From positions 704,001-768,000 of the forward strand of contig CAVXWZ010000011.1 of assembly GCA_963765575.1 (NCBI GenBank): DNA of 64,000 bases, written 5' to 3'. The notes beneath the pieces were generated by a model. The model was not told the origin of the DNA, did no database searches, and was given only the letters and a program-made list of their open reading frames with translations. Both the position numbers and the translations under genes were made by a program. Position 1 is the first letter of the stretch. Each line of letters opens with the position of its first letter. Source of the stretch: an uncultured cyanobacterium (GTDB lineage: Bacteria > Cyanobacteriota > Cyanobacteriia > PCC-6307 > Cyanobiaceae). This document shows positions 56,211 through 64,000 of this stretch, in pieces.

Positions 56211-57974
56211 TCAGGACTCGATCTGAATGAACTGGCGCCGGCAGAGGTCGCGGTAACGGCCGCCGCTGGCCATCAGCTGATTGTGGCTGCCCTGCTCGAC
56301 GATGCGGCCGCCATCGAGCACAACGATGCGGTCGGCCTGCTGCACCGTGGCCAGGCGGTGGGCGATCACCAGCACGGTGCGTCCGGCCATGGCCTGGCTG
56401 AGGCCCTGTTGCACCGCATCCTCGGCCTCGGCATCGAGGGCGCTGGTGGCCTCATCGAGCAGCAGCAGGGCCGGATCACCCAGCACCGCCCGGGCGATCG
56501 CCAGCCGCTGCAGCTGACCGCCGGAGAAGTTGCGACCCCGCTCCTCCACCCGGCTGGCATAGGCGAGGGGCAGGGCCTCGATGAAGCCATCGGCGTTGGC
56601 CAGGCGGGCCGCGCGGTGAATCTGCTCGGTCTCGGCGGGCCGGCCGAAGGCGATCGCCTCGGCCACCGTGCCGGAGAACACCTGGCTCTGCTGGGGCACC
56701 AAGGCAATGGCGCGGCGCAGGTCGGCGACGCGCAGGTCGGCGAGGTCGCGGCCGTCGAGCAGCACCCGGCCGCGCTGGGCCACGTTGAAGCGCAGCAGCA
56801 GCGAAAACAGGGTGCTCTTGCCGGCTCCCGACGGCCCCACAAGGGCCACCACCTGACCGGGCTGAACGCGCAGATCAAGCTGGTTCAGCACCGGCTGGGC
56901 GGGGTTGTAGCCAAACTGGATCCGCTCCAGCCGCAGTTCGCCGCGCACCGGCCCCAGGCTGCCGGCACCGGCTCTGTCGGGGGGCTCCACCGGCTCCCGC
57001 TCGATCGCCCGCAGGCGCTGCAGCGACGCCTGGCCCTGCTGGAGCTCGTTGAAGTTGGTGGTGAGATGGGAGATGGGATCGATCAGCATCAGCAGCGCCG
57101 CCACATAGCTGCTGAAGCCCTGGGCATCGAGCTGGCCGCTCTGGATGCGCCAGGCCCCGATCAGCAGCACCGTGAGAATGCCGCCGGCCTCCAGGAAGCC
57201 CACCACCGGATGTTGCAGGGCCAGCAGCCGCAGGGTGCGGTAACGGGCCTGGCGGTGCTGGTCCACCTCGGCGTCGAAGCGCCGCTGCAGCCAGGCCTCG
57301 GCGGCGTAGGCCCGCACCAGGGGCAGGCCGGCGATGGCCTCGGCGAGCAGGCCGGCCAGCTCGCTCACCTGGTGCTGGCTGCGCTCGGCAGCCGCCATCA
57401 CCCGGGCCCCAAAGCCACTCACCAGCAGGACCACCAGCGGCGCCAGCAGCAGGGTGGCCAGGGCCAGGGGCCAGTCGAGCCAGAGCATGTAGCCCAGCAC
57501 CGCCAGCAGCTGCAGGGTGCTGGGGGTGGTGTCCTGGATCGTCTTGTAGATCACCTCCCCCACCCGGTCGGCGTCCTCGGTGAGGCGGTAGGTGAGGTCG
57601 CCGGCCGAGAGTTTGTCGAGGGAGGAGAACTCGAGCCGCTGCAGGCGGGCGAAGAGCTGCTGGCGCAGGGTTTTGCTCACGCTCAGCGCCGGCCCTGCCA
57701 GCAGCGTGTCCTGGCCGAACTGGGCCGCCTTCTGCACCAGGAACACCAGCAGGGCCAGCACCACGGCCCGCAGGGTGGCGTCGAGATCGCCGGCGCCGAT
57801 CGCCGGGATCAGCTGGCCAGCCAGGGCCGCCAGCAGGGGCCAGCAGAGCACGTAGATGACGATGCACACGCCACCGGCGGCGAGCCGGCGCCGGTGGGGC
57901 CGCATCAGGGGCCACAGCCTGCGCACGCCGTCCCGCAGGCTGGCGCGGGCAGCAGCCGGTGGAGATGCGAGCAT
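56211..57974 (-). CDS. ABC exporter, fused permease/ATPase (MsbA-like)
   Basis: N-terminal TM domain; GPSGAGKST, FSGGQ, LLLDEATSALD, IAHRL. Confidence 0.93.
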   Translation of the reverse strand: MLASPPAAARASLRDGVRRLWPLMRPHRRRLAAGGVCIVIYVLCWPLLAALAGQLIPAIGAGDLDATLRAVVLALLVFLVQKAAQFGQDTLLAGPALSVSKTLRQQLFARLQRLEFSSLDKLSAGDLTYRLTEDADRVGEVIYKTIQDTTPSTLQLLAVLGYMLWLDWPLALATLLLAPLVVLLVSGFGARVMAAAERSQHQVSELAGLLAEAIAGLPLVRAYAAEAWLQRRFDAEVDQHRQARYRTLRLLALQHPVVGFLEAGGILTVLLIGAWRIQSGQLDAQGFSSYVAALLMLIDPISHLTTNFNELQQGQASLQRLRAIEREPVEPPDRAGAGSLGPVRGELRLERIQFGYNPAQPVLNQLDLRVQPGQVVALVGPSGAGKSTLFSLLLRFNVAQRGRVLLDGRDLADLRVADLRRAIALVPQQSQVFSGTVAEAIAFGRPAETEQIHRAARLANADGFIEALPLAYASRVEERGRNFSGGQLQRLAIARAVLGDPALLLLDEATSALDAEAEDAVQQGLSQAMAGRTVLVIAHRLATVQQADRIVVLDGGRIVEQGSHNQLMASGGRYRDLCRRQFIQIES

Positions 57975-58009
57975 CGCGGCACGCTAGAGGCCGTCGGGTT
58001 CAGCACCCT

Positions 58010-58228
58010 GTGAAGCTCGATCAGTTCCTGAAGTTCCACGGCCTCGTGGCCACCGGCGGCGAGGCCAAGCTGCGCATCCAGCGGGGCGATGTGCGGGTGA
58101 ACGGATCGATCGAGCTGCGCCGTGGCCGCCAACTGGCCCCGGGCGACGCGGTGAGCCTGGACGGCCACGAGCTGCTGGTGCCGCCGCCGGGCGAGGGGAG
58201 CCGACCCGCCGGGCCCTGGCGCGGGTAA
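58010..58228 (+). CDS. S4-domain RNA-binding protein (YaaA/YbcJ-like)
   Basis: GTG start; KLDQFLK...TGGEAK..IQ.G.V.VNG..E.RRGRQL. Confidence 0.88.
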   Translation: MKLDQFLKFHGLVATGGEAKLRIQRGDVRVNGSIELRRGRQLAPGDAVSLDGHELLVPPPGEGSRPAGPWRG

Positions 58229-58292
58229 CCGGAAGCCGCCCAGCAGCTGCGCCGGCAGGCGCGCTGGCGCGGGTGCCTTCCCGTGCCCTCCC

Positions 58293-59567
58293 TTGCCGCC
58301 CCTTGCCCTGCCCCGCCAGTATCGGCAGGACGCCGGCCCGCCGATCGTTTCCCCATCCCGCACCGCTGAAGTCTCAGGCGCCACTGGGGATGTCCAGCCA
58401 GGGCGCCCGAAGGGCTGGCCGCGGCCGTTCAGACCCCTGCTGGCCACCGCCATCGCCACCGCCGCTGCCATCGCCGGCGTGGGCCTTGGTCTCTGGCTCA
58501 ACCGGCCCAGCGATCGGCCCCTGAAGCTCAGCGGCCGGATCGAGGGCTACGAAACCGACATCGGCGCCCGGGTGGGCGGCCGGGTGCAGGAGGCGACGGT
58601 GCGGGAGGGCAACCGGGTGAGCCGCGGCCAGCTGCTGGTGCGCATCGATGACGAGGAGGTGCAGGCACAGCTGCGCGGTGCCCAGGCGCGGCTGGCCGCC
58701 GCCCGCCAGCAGGAGCAGGGGGCGCGCAGCCAGATCGACGTGGTGGAGAGCCAGATCCGCGAATCGGAGCTCAACGTGGCCCAGTCCCGGCAGGACAACG
58801 AGGGCCGCATCTACCAGGCCCAGGCCAATGTGGCCACGGCCCAGGCCCAGCTGGTGCAGGCCCAGGCCCAGTTGAGGCTGGCCAGGGTCACGGCGGAACG
58901 GAGCGAACAGCTCACCCGGGAGGGGGCGACCTCTCTGCAGACCCTCGACCAGGACCGCGCCGCCTACGCATCCGCCCAGGCCACCGTGGCCGCGCTGCGC
59001 AAGCAGGTGGAAGCGACCCGGGGTGCTCTGGCGCTGGCTCGCTCCACCAGCTTGAACCCCTCCATCCGCCAGGCCCAGCTGGCGGCCCTCGAGCAGCAGC
59101 GTCAGCAGGCCCGGGCCGCCCTGCTGGCCGCCCGGGCGGAGGTGGGCAATGCCCTGGCGGCCGAGCAGCAGATCCAGGCCCAGATCGCCTGGCTCACGAT
59201 CCGCTCCCCTCTCGATGGCGTGGTGATCGCCCGCAGCGTCGAGCCTGGAGCCGTTGTCGCCAGCGGCCGCACCCTGCTCACCCTGCTCGATCCGGCCACG
59301 GTGTACATGCGGGGCTTCGTGCCGGAGGGGTCCATCGGCCGGGTGAAGGTGGGGCAGCAGGCCCGGGTGTTTCTCGATTCCGACCCGAAACGGCCCCTGG
59401 CGGCAACGGTGGCGGAGATCGATGCGCAGGCCTCCTTCACACCCGAGAACATCTATTTCCGCGAAGATCGGGTGCGGCAGGTGTTCGGGGTGAAGCTCTC
59501 GATCCTGCAGCCGGCTGGCTTCGCCAAGCCCGGGATGCCAGCTGATGCCGAGATTCTCACCCCCTGA
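58293..59567 (+). CDS. HlyD-family periplasmic adaptor (YbhG-like)
   Basis: TM anchor, LSGRIE, long coiled coil, IRSPLDG, ASFTPEN, KPGMPAD; start uncertain. Confidence 0.9.
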   Translation: MPPLALPRQYRQDAGPPIVSPSRTAEVSGATGDVQPGRPKGWPRPFRPLLATAIATAAAIAGVGLGLWLNRPSDRPLKLSGRIEGYETDIGARVGGRVQEATVREGNRVSRGQLLVRIDDEEVQAQLRGAQARLAAARQQEQGARSQIDVVESQIRESELNVAQSRQDNEGRIYQAQANVATAQAQLVQAQAQLRLARVTAERSEQLTREGATSLQTLDQDRAAYASAQATVAALRKQVEATRGALALARSTSLNPSIRQAQLAALEQQRQQARAALLAARAEVGNALAAEQQIQAQIAWLTIRSPLDGVVIARSVEPGAVVASGRTLLTLLDPATVYMRGFVPEGSIGRVKVGQQARVFLDSDPKRPLAATVAEIDAQASFTPENIYFREDRVRQVFGVKLSILQPAGFAKPGMPADAEILTP

Positions 59568-61473
59568 AGCCGGCTCCGAGCCCGTGCTGCGGGTGGAGGG
59601 GCTGGAGGTGCACTACGGACAGCTCCGGGCGGTGGAGCGGATCGACTTCACGGTGGCGGCCGGGGAGGTGTTCGGCCTGATTGGCCCCGATGGCGCCGGC
59701 AAGACCAGCAGCTTCCATGTGCTCGCTGGGGTGATGGAGGCCAGTGCCGGCCTGGTCCGGGTGCTGGGGCGCCCCCCCCGCCAGGCCCGCTCGCGCATCG
59801 GCTACCTCACCCAGCAGTTTTCCCTCTATCCCGACCTGAGCGTGGCCGAAAATCTGCGCTACGTGGCCGGCCTGCGCCGGGTGCCTCAGGCTGCTTTCCA
59901 GCAGCGCCGCGACACCCTGCTGCGGCGCCTGGATCTGGCCCCCTTCGCCACGCGCCTGGCCGGAAGGCTCTCGGGAGGGATGAAGCAGAAGCTGGCCCTC
60001 TGCTGCGCCCTGATCGATACCCCCGAGCTGCTGCTGCTGGATGAACCCACCACCGGGGTGGATCCGGTGTCGCGCCGGGAGTTCTGGGATGTGCTCGCCT
60101 CCCTGGCCGCCGAAGGGGTGACGATCGTGGTGGCCACCCCCTACCTGGATGAGGCGGAACGCTGCGGCCGCATCGCCATGCTCCAGCAGGGCCGGATCCG
60201 GCGCAGAGGGACACCCGCTGAGCTGAAGCGTGGGCTGGGCCTGGTGCGCCTGGAGCTGCGCTGCACCCGCCTGGCGGAGGCCGAACGGCTGCTGGAGCAG
60301 TCGATGGCCGGAGCCGATGTGCAGACCTTCGGCGATCGGCTCGACGTGCTGGTCGCCGATGCGCAGGCCGGCAGGGCCGCGGTGGAGACACTGTTCCGGG
60401 AGCACGACCTCCCCCTCGAGGGGCTGGGGGTCGGCCCCCCCACCCTGGAGAACGTGTTCGTGAGTCACCTCCGCCAGGAGGTCACCCAGCCCCCCGCGCT
60501 GCCCTATCCGCAAGCCTCCCGGCGCCGGCGGCAGGTGGGGGAGGCGATCACGGCCCGGCGGCTCAGTCGTCGCTTCGGCACGTTTGAGGCCGTGCGCAAT
60601 CTCGATCTGCGGGTGGGCTATGGCGAGATCTTCGGGCTGCTGGGTGCCAACGGGGCCGGCAAGACCACCACGATCAAGATGCTCTGCGGGCTGCTTCCCC
60701 CCAGCTCCGGGGAGGTGATGCTGGCGGGGGAGCGGGGCGATCTGCGCCGTGGTGAGCTGCTGCAGCGCATCGGCTACATGAGCCAGAAATTCACCCTCTA
60801 CGACGATCTTTCGATCCTCCAGAACCTGGAGTTCTACGCCGGGGTGTATGAGGTTCCGCCGGCCCTGCGCGCTGAGCGCATCGCCTGGGTGCTGGCCACC
60901 TGCGGACTGGAAGGCCAGGGGCATCTGCTGACGGGCCAGCTGCCGGGTGGCTGGAAGCAGCGGCTGGCCTTCGGAGCCTCGGTGCTGCACGATCCCCATG
61001 TGCTGTTTCTCGATGAGCCCACCTCCGGGGTCGATCCGCTGGCGCGGCGTCAGTTCTGGCGGCTGATCAACGCCTTCGCCCGCCGCGGCACGGCGATCCT
61101 GGTCACCACCCATTACCTGGAGGAGGCGGAGCAGTGCCAGCGCCTCTGCTTCCTGGTGGCCGGAGAGAACGTGATCGAGGGATCCCCCGGCCAGATCAAG
61201 GCAGCCCAGCCCGGCCAGTTGCTGGAGCTGCAGCTGGCGGCAGGTGTCCAGCAGGACGCCACCGAGCTGCTGCGCCAGCACTTCGAGCCCTGGCGGGTGA
61301 GCCGCTTCGCCGATCGCCTCCATCTGGTGCTGGAGCACGAAGATCCCGGCACAGTGCGGCGGCTGCTGGAATCGGCCGGGATTGCGGTGCAGGGTCTGCG
61401 GGCCATTCCCTTCAGCCTCGAAGACGCCTTCATCGGCACCGTGGAGAGGGCCCGGGCAGGGGTCAGCCCATGA
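59545..61473 (+). CDS. ABC transporter with two ATPase domains (YbhF-like)
   Basis: GPDGAGKT/LSGGMKQK/DEPT and GANGAGKT/LPGGWKQR/DEPT. Confidence 0.92.
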   Translation: MPRFSPPEAGSEPVLRVEGLEVHYGQLRAVERIDFTVAAGEVFGLIGPDGAGKTSSFHVLAGVMEASAGLVRVLGRPPRQARSRIGYLTQQFSLYPDLSVAENLRYVAGLRRVPQAAFQQRRDTLLRRLDLAPFATRLAGRLSGGMKQKLALCCALIDTPELLLLDEPTTGVDPVSRREFWDVLASLAAEGVTIVVATPYLDEAERCGRIAMLQQGRIRRRGTPAELKRGLGLVRLELRCTRLAEAERLLEQSMAGADVQTFGDRLDVLVADAQAGRAAVETLFREHDLPLEGLGVGPPTLENVFVSHLRQEVTQPPALPYPQASRRRRQVGEAITARRLSRRFGTFEAVRNLDLRVGYGEIFGLLGANGAGKTTTIKMLCGLLPPSSGEVMLAGERGDLRRGELLQRIGYMSQKFTLYDDLSILQNLEFYAGVYEVPPALRAERIAWVLATCGLEGQGHLLTGQLPGGWKQRLAFGASVLHDPHVLFLDEPTSGVDPLARRQFWRLINAFARRGTAILVTTHYLEEAEQCQRLCFLVAGENVIEGSPGQIKAAQPGQLLELQLAAGVQQDATELLRQHFEPWRVSRFADRLHLVLEHEDPGTVRRLLESAGIAVQGLRAIPFSLEDAFIGTVERARAGVSP

Positions 61474-62578
61474 GGCGGATCCTCAGCCAATGCCGCAAGG
61501 AACTCCTGCAGTTCAGCCGTGACCGGCTCACCCTGGGGCTGGCCTTCCTGCTGCCGCTGCTCACCTTGCTGATCTTCGGTTTCGCCATCCGGCTGGAAAC
61601 CAAGTTCATCCCGATCGTGGTGCAGGATCTCGATCGCAGCCCCCTCAGCCGCGCCTACACCGACCGCCTGTTCGCCACCAACCAGTTCCATCCGGCCCGC
61701 TGGCCGGGGGGGATCCGGTGCGAATGGCCCTGGACCCGGGGCTGGCCAAGGCGGTGGTGGTGATCCCGCCGGAGTTCAGCCGCCGGATCAAGGCCGCAAA
61801 CCCCGCCAGCGTGCAGGTGCTGGTGGATGGCACCGATGCCAACAACGCCCGGGTGATTCGCAACAGCATCCAGGCCACCACCCGCTTCTTTCTGCGCGAT
61901 GAGGGCCTGATCGACGACGACCAGCCCGTGCGGGCCCTCACCCGGCTGTGGTTCAACCCCGGCCGCAAGGAATCGCTCTACATCGTGCCGGGTGTGTACG
62001 CGGTGGTGCTGTGGATCTTCCCTTCCCTGCTGGCGGCGATCGCGATGGTGCGCGAGAAGGAGATGGGCACGATTGTGCAGGTCTACGCCTCGGGGCTGAA
62101 CGGGGCCGAGTGGCTGCTGGGCAAGGCCCTGGCCTATCTGCTGGTGGGACTGAGCGTGGCGGTGGTGGTGATGGGGGCCGGCAGCCTGATCTTTAGGCTC
62201 GGCTTCGCCGGCGACCCCTCGCCCCTGCTGGTGGGCACCACCGTGTATCTGGCCGCGGCGGTACTTTTCGGGCTGCTGTTGGGGGTGCGCAGCGGCAGTC
62301 AGCAGGCGGCGGTGCAGGGGGTGTCGCTGGTGGGGTTCCTCACGGCCCTGCTGCTTTCGGGCTTCATCTACCCCCTGAGCAACATCCCTTTCCCCCTGTC
62401 GATGGTGTCGGCCCTGGTGCCGGCCCGCTATTTCATCGTGGTGAGCCGTGATGCCTTCGTGCGGGGCAGCGGCTGGAGCGGAGTGGGCTTCGATGTGCTG
62501 ATGATCCTGCTGATCGGAGCGGTGCTCTATCTGCTGGCCCAGCGTTCCCTGGGCGCCATGCAGCTGCGCAGGCCATGA
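61470..62578 (+). CDS. ABC-2 permease (YbhS-like), frameshifted in the G7 run at 61706-61712
   Basis: MRRILSQCRKELLQFSRDR... continues in ORF 61718..62578 (VDGTDAN, REKEMGT, LSGFIYP) if one G is added. Confidence 0.85.
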
Positions 62579-63756
62579 GGATCCCGGATCGCTGGCGTCT
62601 GCTGATGGCGCTTGGGCTGCGCCCGTTGCGGCAATGGCTGCGCACTTTCGCCGCCAGCCGGCTGGCGGCCCTGGTCAGCAAGGAGATCCGGCAGATACTG
62701 GGCGACCGGCAGCTGATCCGCCTGCTGATCATCCCGCCCATCCTGCAGCTGCTGGTGTATGGCTTCGCCCTCAATCCCGATGTACAGAACATCCGCCTCG
62801 GGGTGATGGACTACGCCCAGGTGGCGGCCAGCCGGGAGCTGGTGTCGGCCCTCACCGCCAACCGGGTGTTCCTGGAGGCCGCCAGGCCCACCAGCGAGCG
62901 TGAGCTGGTGGGCCTGGTGGAGCGGGGCGAGCTGGCGGTGGGGATGGTGATCCCGCCGGACTTCCGCCGGCAGCTGGCCACCGGCGCCACGGCCGAGGTG
63001 CAGGTGTTCCTCGATGGGGTGGATGCCAACAGCGCCGGCATCGCCGATGGCTATCTGCGCCAGATCCTCGGTAACTTCCGGCCCGGCGGGGCCTCCACCC
63101 GGGCGCCCCCCTTGCCGGTGCGCACGGAGGTCACGTTTCTGTACAACCCGGGCTTGCGCAGCAGCTGGTTCTTTGTGCCGGGGGTGATGGGGTTGGTGCT
63201 CACCCTGATCGGTTCGCTGGTGTCGGCCGTGATCGTGGTGCGCGAGAAGGACACGGGCACCCTCGAGCAGCTGCTGATGACACCGGCGAGCCCGTGGGAG
63301 ATCCTGCTGGCCAAGATCCTGCCGCTGTTCCTGCTGCTGATGGGGGATCTGCTGCTGGCCCTGAGCCTGGGCCGGCTGGTGTTCGCGCTGCCGTTCCGCG
63401 GCAACCTGCCGCTGTTCCTGCTGCTTTCGGCGCTGTACATCTTCGTGGGCATCAGCATCGGCATCGTGCTGGCCACCGTGTCCCGCACCCAGTCCCAGGT
63501 GATGCTGAGCTCCTTCTTCATCAACCTGCCGATGGTGCAGACCTCCGGCGCCATCGCCCCGATCGACAGCATGCCGCCGTTCTTTCAGGTGCTCTCCATC
63601 GCCAATCCCCTGCGGCATTACATCGCCATTGTGCGGGGGATGATGCTCAAGGGCTTGGGGCTTGAGGCACTCTGGCCCCATGTGCTGGCCCTGCTGCTGA
63701 TCGGGCCCATCCTGTTCACCCTCAGCGTGCGGCGGTTCCGCTCCCAGCTGAGCTGA
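62575..63756 (+). CDS. ABC-2 permease (YbhR-like)
   Basis: KEIRQ..DR, DGVDAN, VVREKDTGTLEQL, PIDSMP. Confidence 0.9.
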   Translation: MRIPDRWRLLMALGLRPLRQWLRTFAASRLAALVSKEIRQILGDRQLIRLLIIPPILQLLVYGFALNPDVQNIRLGVMDYAQVAASRELVSALTANRVFLEAARPTSERELVGLVERGELAVGMVIPPDFRRQLATGATAEVQVFLDGVDANSAGIADGYLRQILGNFRPGGASTRAPPLPVRTEVTFLYNPGLRSSWFFVPGVMGLVLTLIGSLVSAVIVVREKDTGTLEQLLMTPASPWEILLAKILPLFLLLMGDLLLALSLGRLVFALPFRGNLPLFLLLSALYIFVGISIGIVLATVSRTQSQVMLSSFFINLPMVQTSGAIAPIDSMPPFFQVLSIANPLRHYIAIVRGMMLKGLGLEALWPHVLALLLIGPILFTLSVRRFRSQLS

Positions 63757-63761
63757 TCAAG

Positions 63762-63809
63762 AGCGGTGGGCTGAGAAGCGGTGGACGCAGGAGCGGTGGA
63801 CGCAGGAGC
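63762..63809. repeat. 15-bp tandem repeat (AGCGGTGGACGCAGG x2 plus one degenerate unit)
   Basis: Units at 63762, 63777 and 63792. Confidence 0.8.
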
Positions 63810-63963
63810 CAATGGGAGCAGCGATCCCCGCCCCACCCTGATCAGCAGCGTCCCAGCAGCAGGGCGGCCCGGGCCAGAGGCTGCCGGGAGGCGAGCATCG
63901 CGGCACGCGGAGGGCCGTCCGGCGCCCCGTTAGCGTTTGAGGCTGATGAGCAGCAGCAAGGCA

Positions 63964-64000
63964 ATGGTGCGTAGAGCCGTCATCGCGGGCAACTGGAAGA
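63964..64000 (+). CDS. tpiA: Triosephosphate isomerase, 5' fragment at window edge
   Basis: ATG GTG CGT AGA GCC GTC ATC GCG GGC AAC TGG AAG = MVRRAVIAGNWK. Confidence 0.85.
   Translation, partial: MVRRAVIAGNWK

Noticed and set aside
63762..63809. Short repeats as a possible CRISPR array
   Set aside because: Adjacent 15-bp units without spacers and no cas genes in the window.

Overview
High-GC chromosomal window from a picocyanobacterium (Cyanobium/Synechococcus type), judged from psbY, a CpcL-type phycobilisome linker, crtH, an Rbp protein, DUF2811, DUF3318, CGLD27 and scattered GCGATCGC octamers. Core-looking blocks (crtH-trmFO-psbY-gammaCA-tRNA-Lys on the left; tRNA-fMet-asparaginase-rsfS-carB to tpiA on the right) flank about 40 kb of accessory genes. 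Main candidate for an undescribed system (39.7-47.0 kb): a Na+/solute symporter flanked by two sub-60-aa membrane ORFs, an aspartate-carbamoyltransferase-like enzyme with an altered acceptor site, an AsnB-type amidotransferase, a DUF1028 Ntn-like protein and an N-carbamoyl-amino-acid hydrolase. This may make, import and recycle an N-carbamoyl amino-acid amide; the function is inferred, not shown. Other points: a cobalamin riboswitch before cbiX; a CrtQ/CrtO-like glycosyl/acyltransferase pair beside a GH3 glucosidase and a lipase; a glgP-phosphatase-atypical transketolase-phosphoketolase run; an NblA-like small ORF beside a decayed IS5; decayed Ntn-hydrolase and transglutaminase genes; a direct-repeat scar around a YbhGFSR-like efflux operon; and three single-base frameshifts at or next to homopolymer runs that may be sequencing errors. 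All product calls come from motif recognition by eye; no searches were run.
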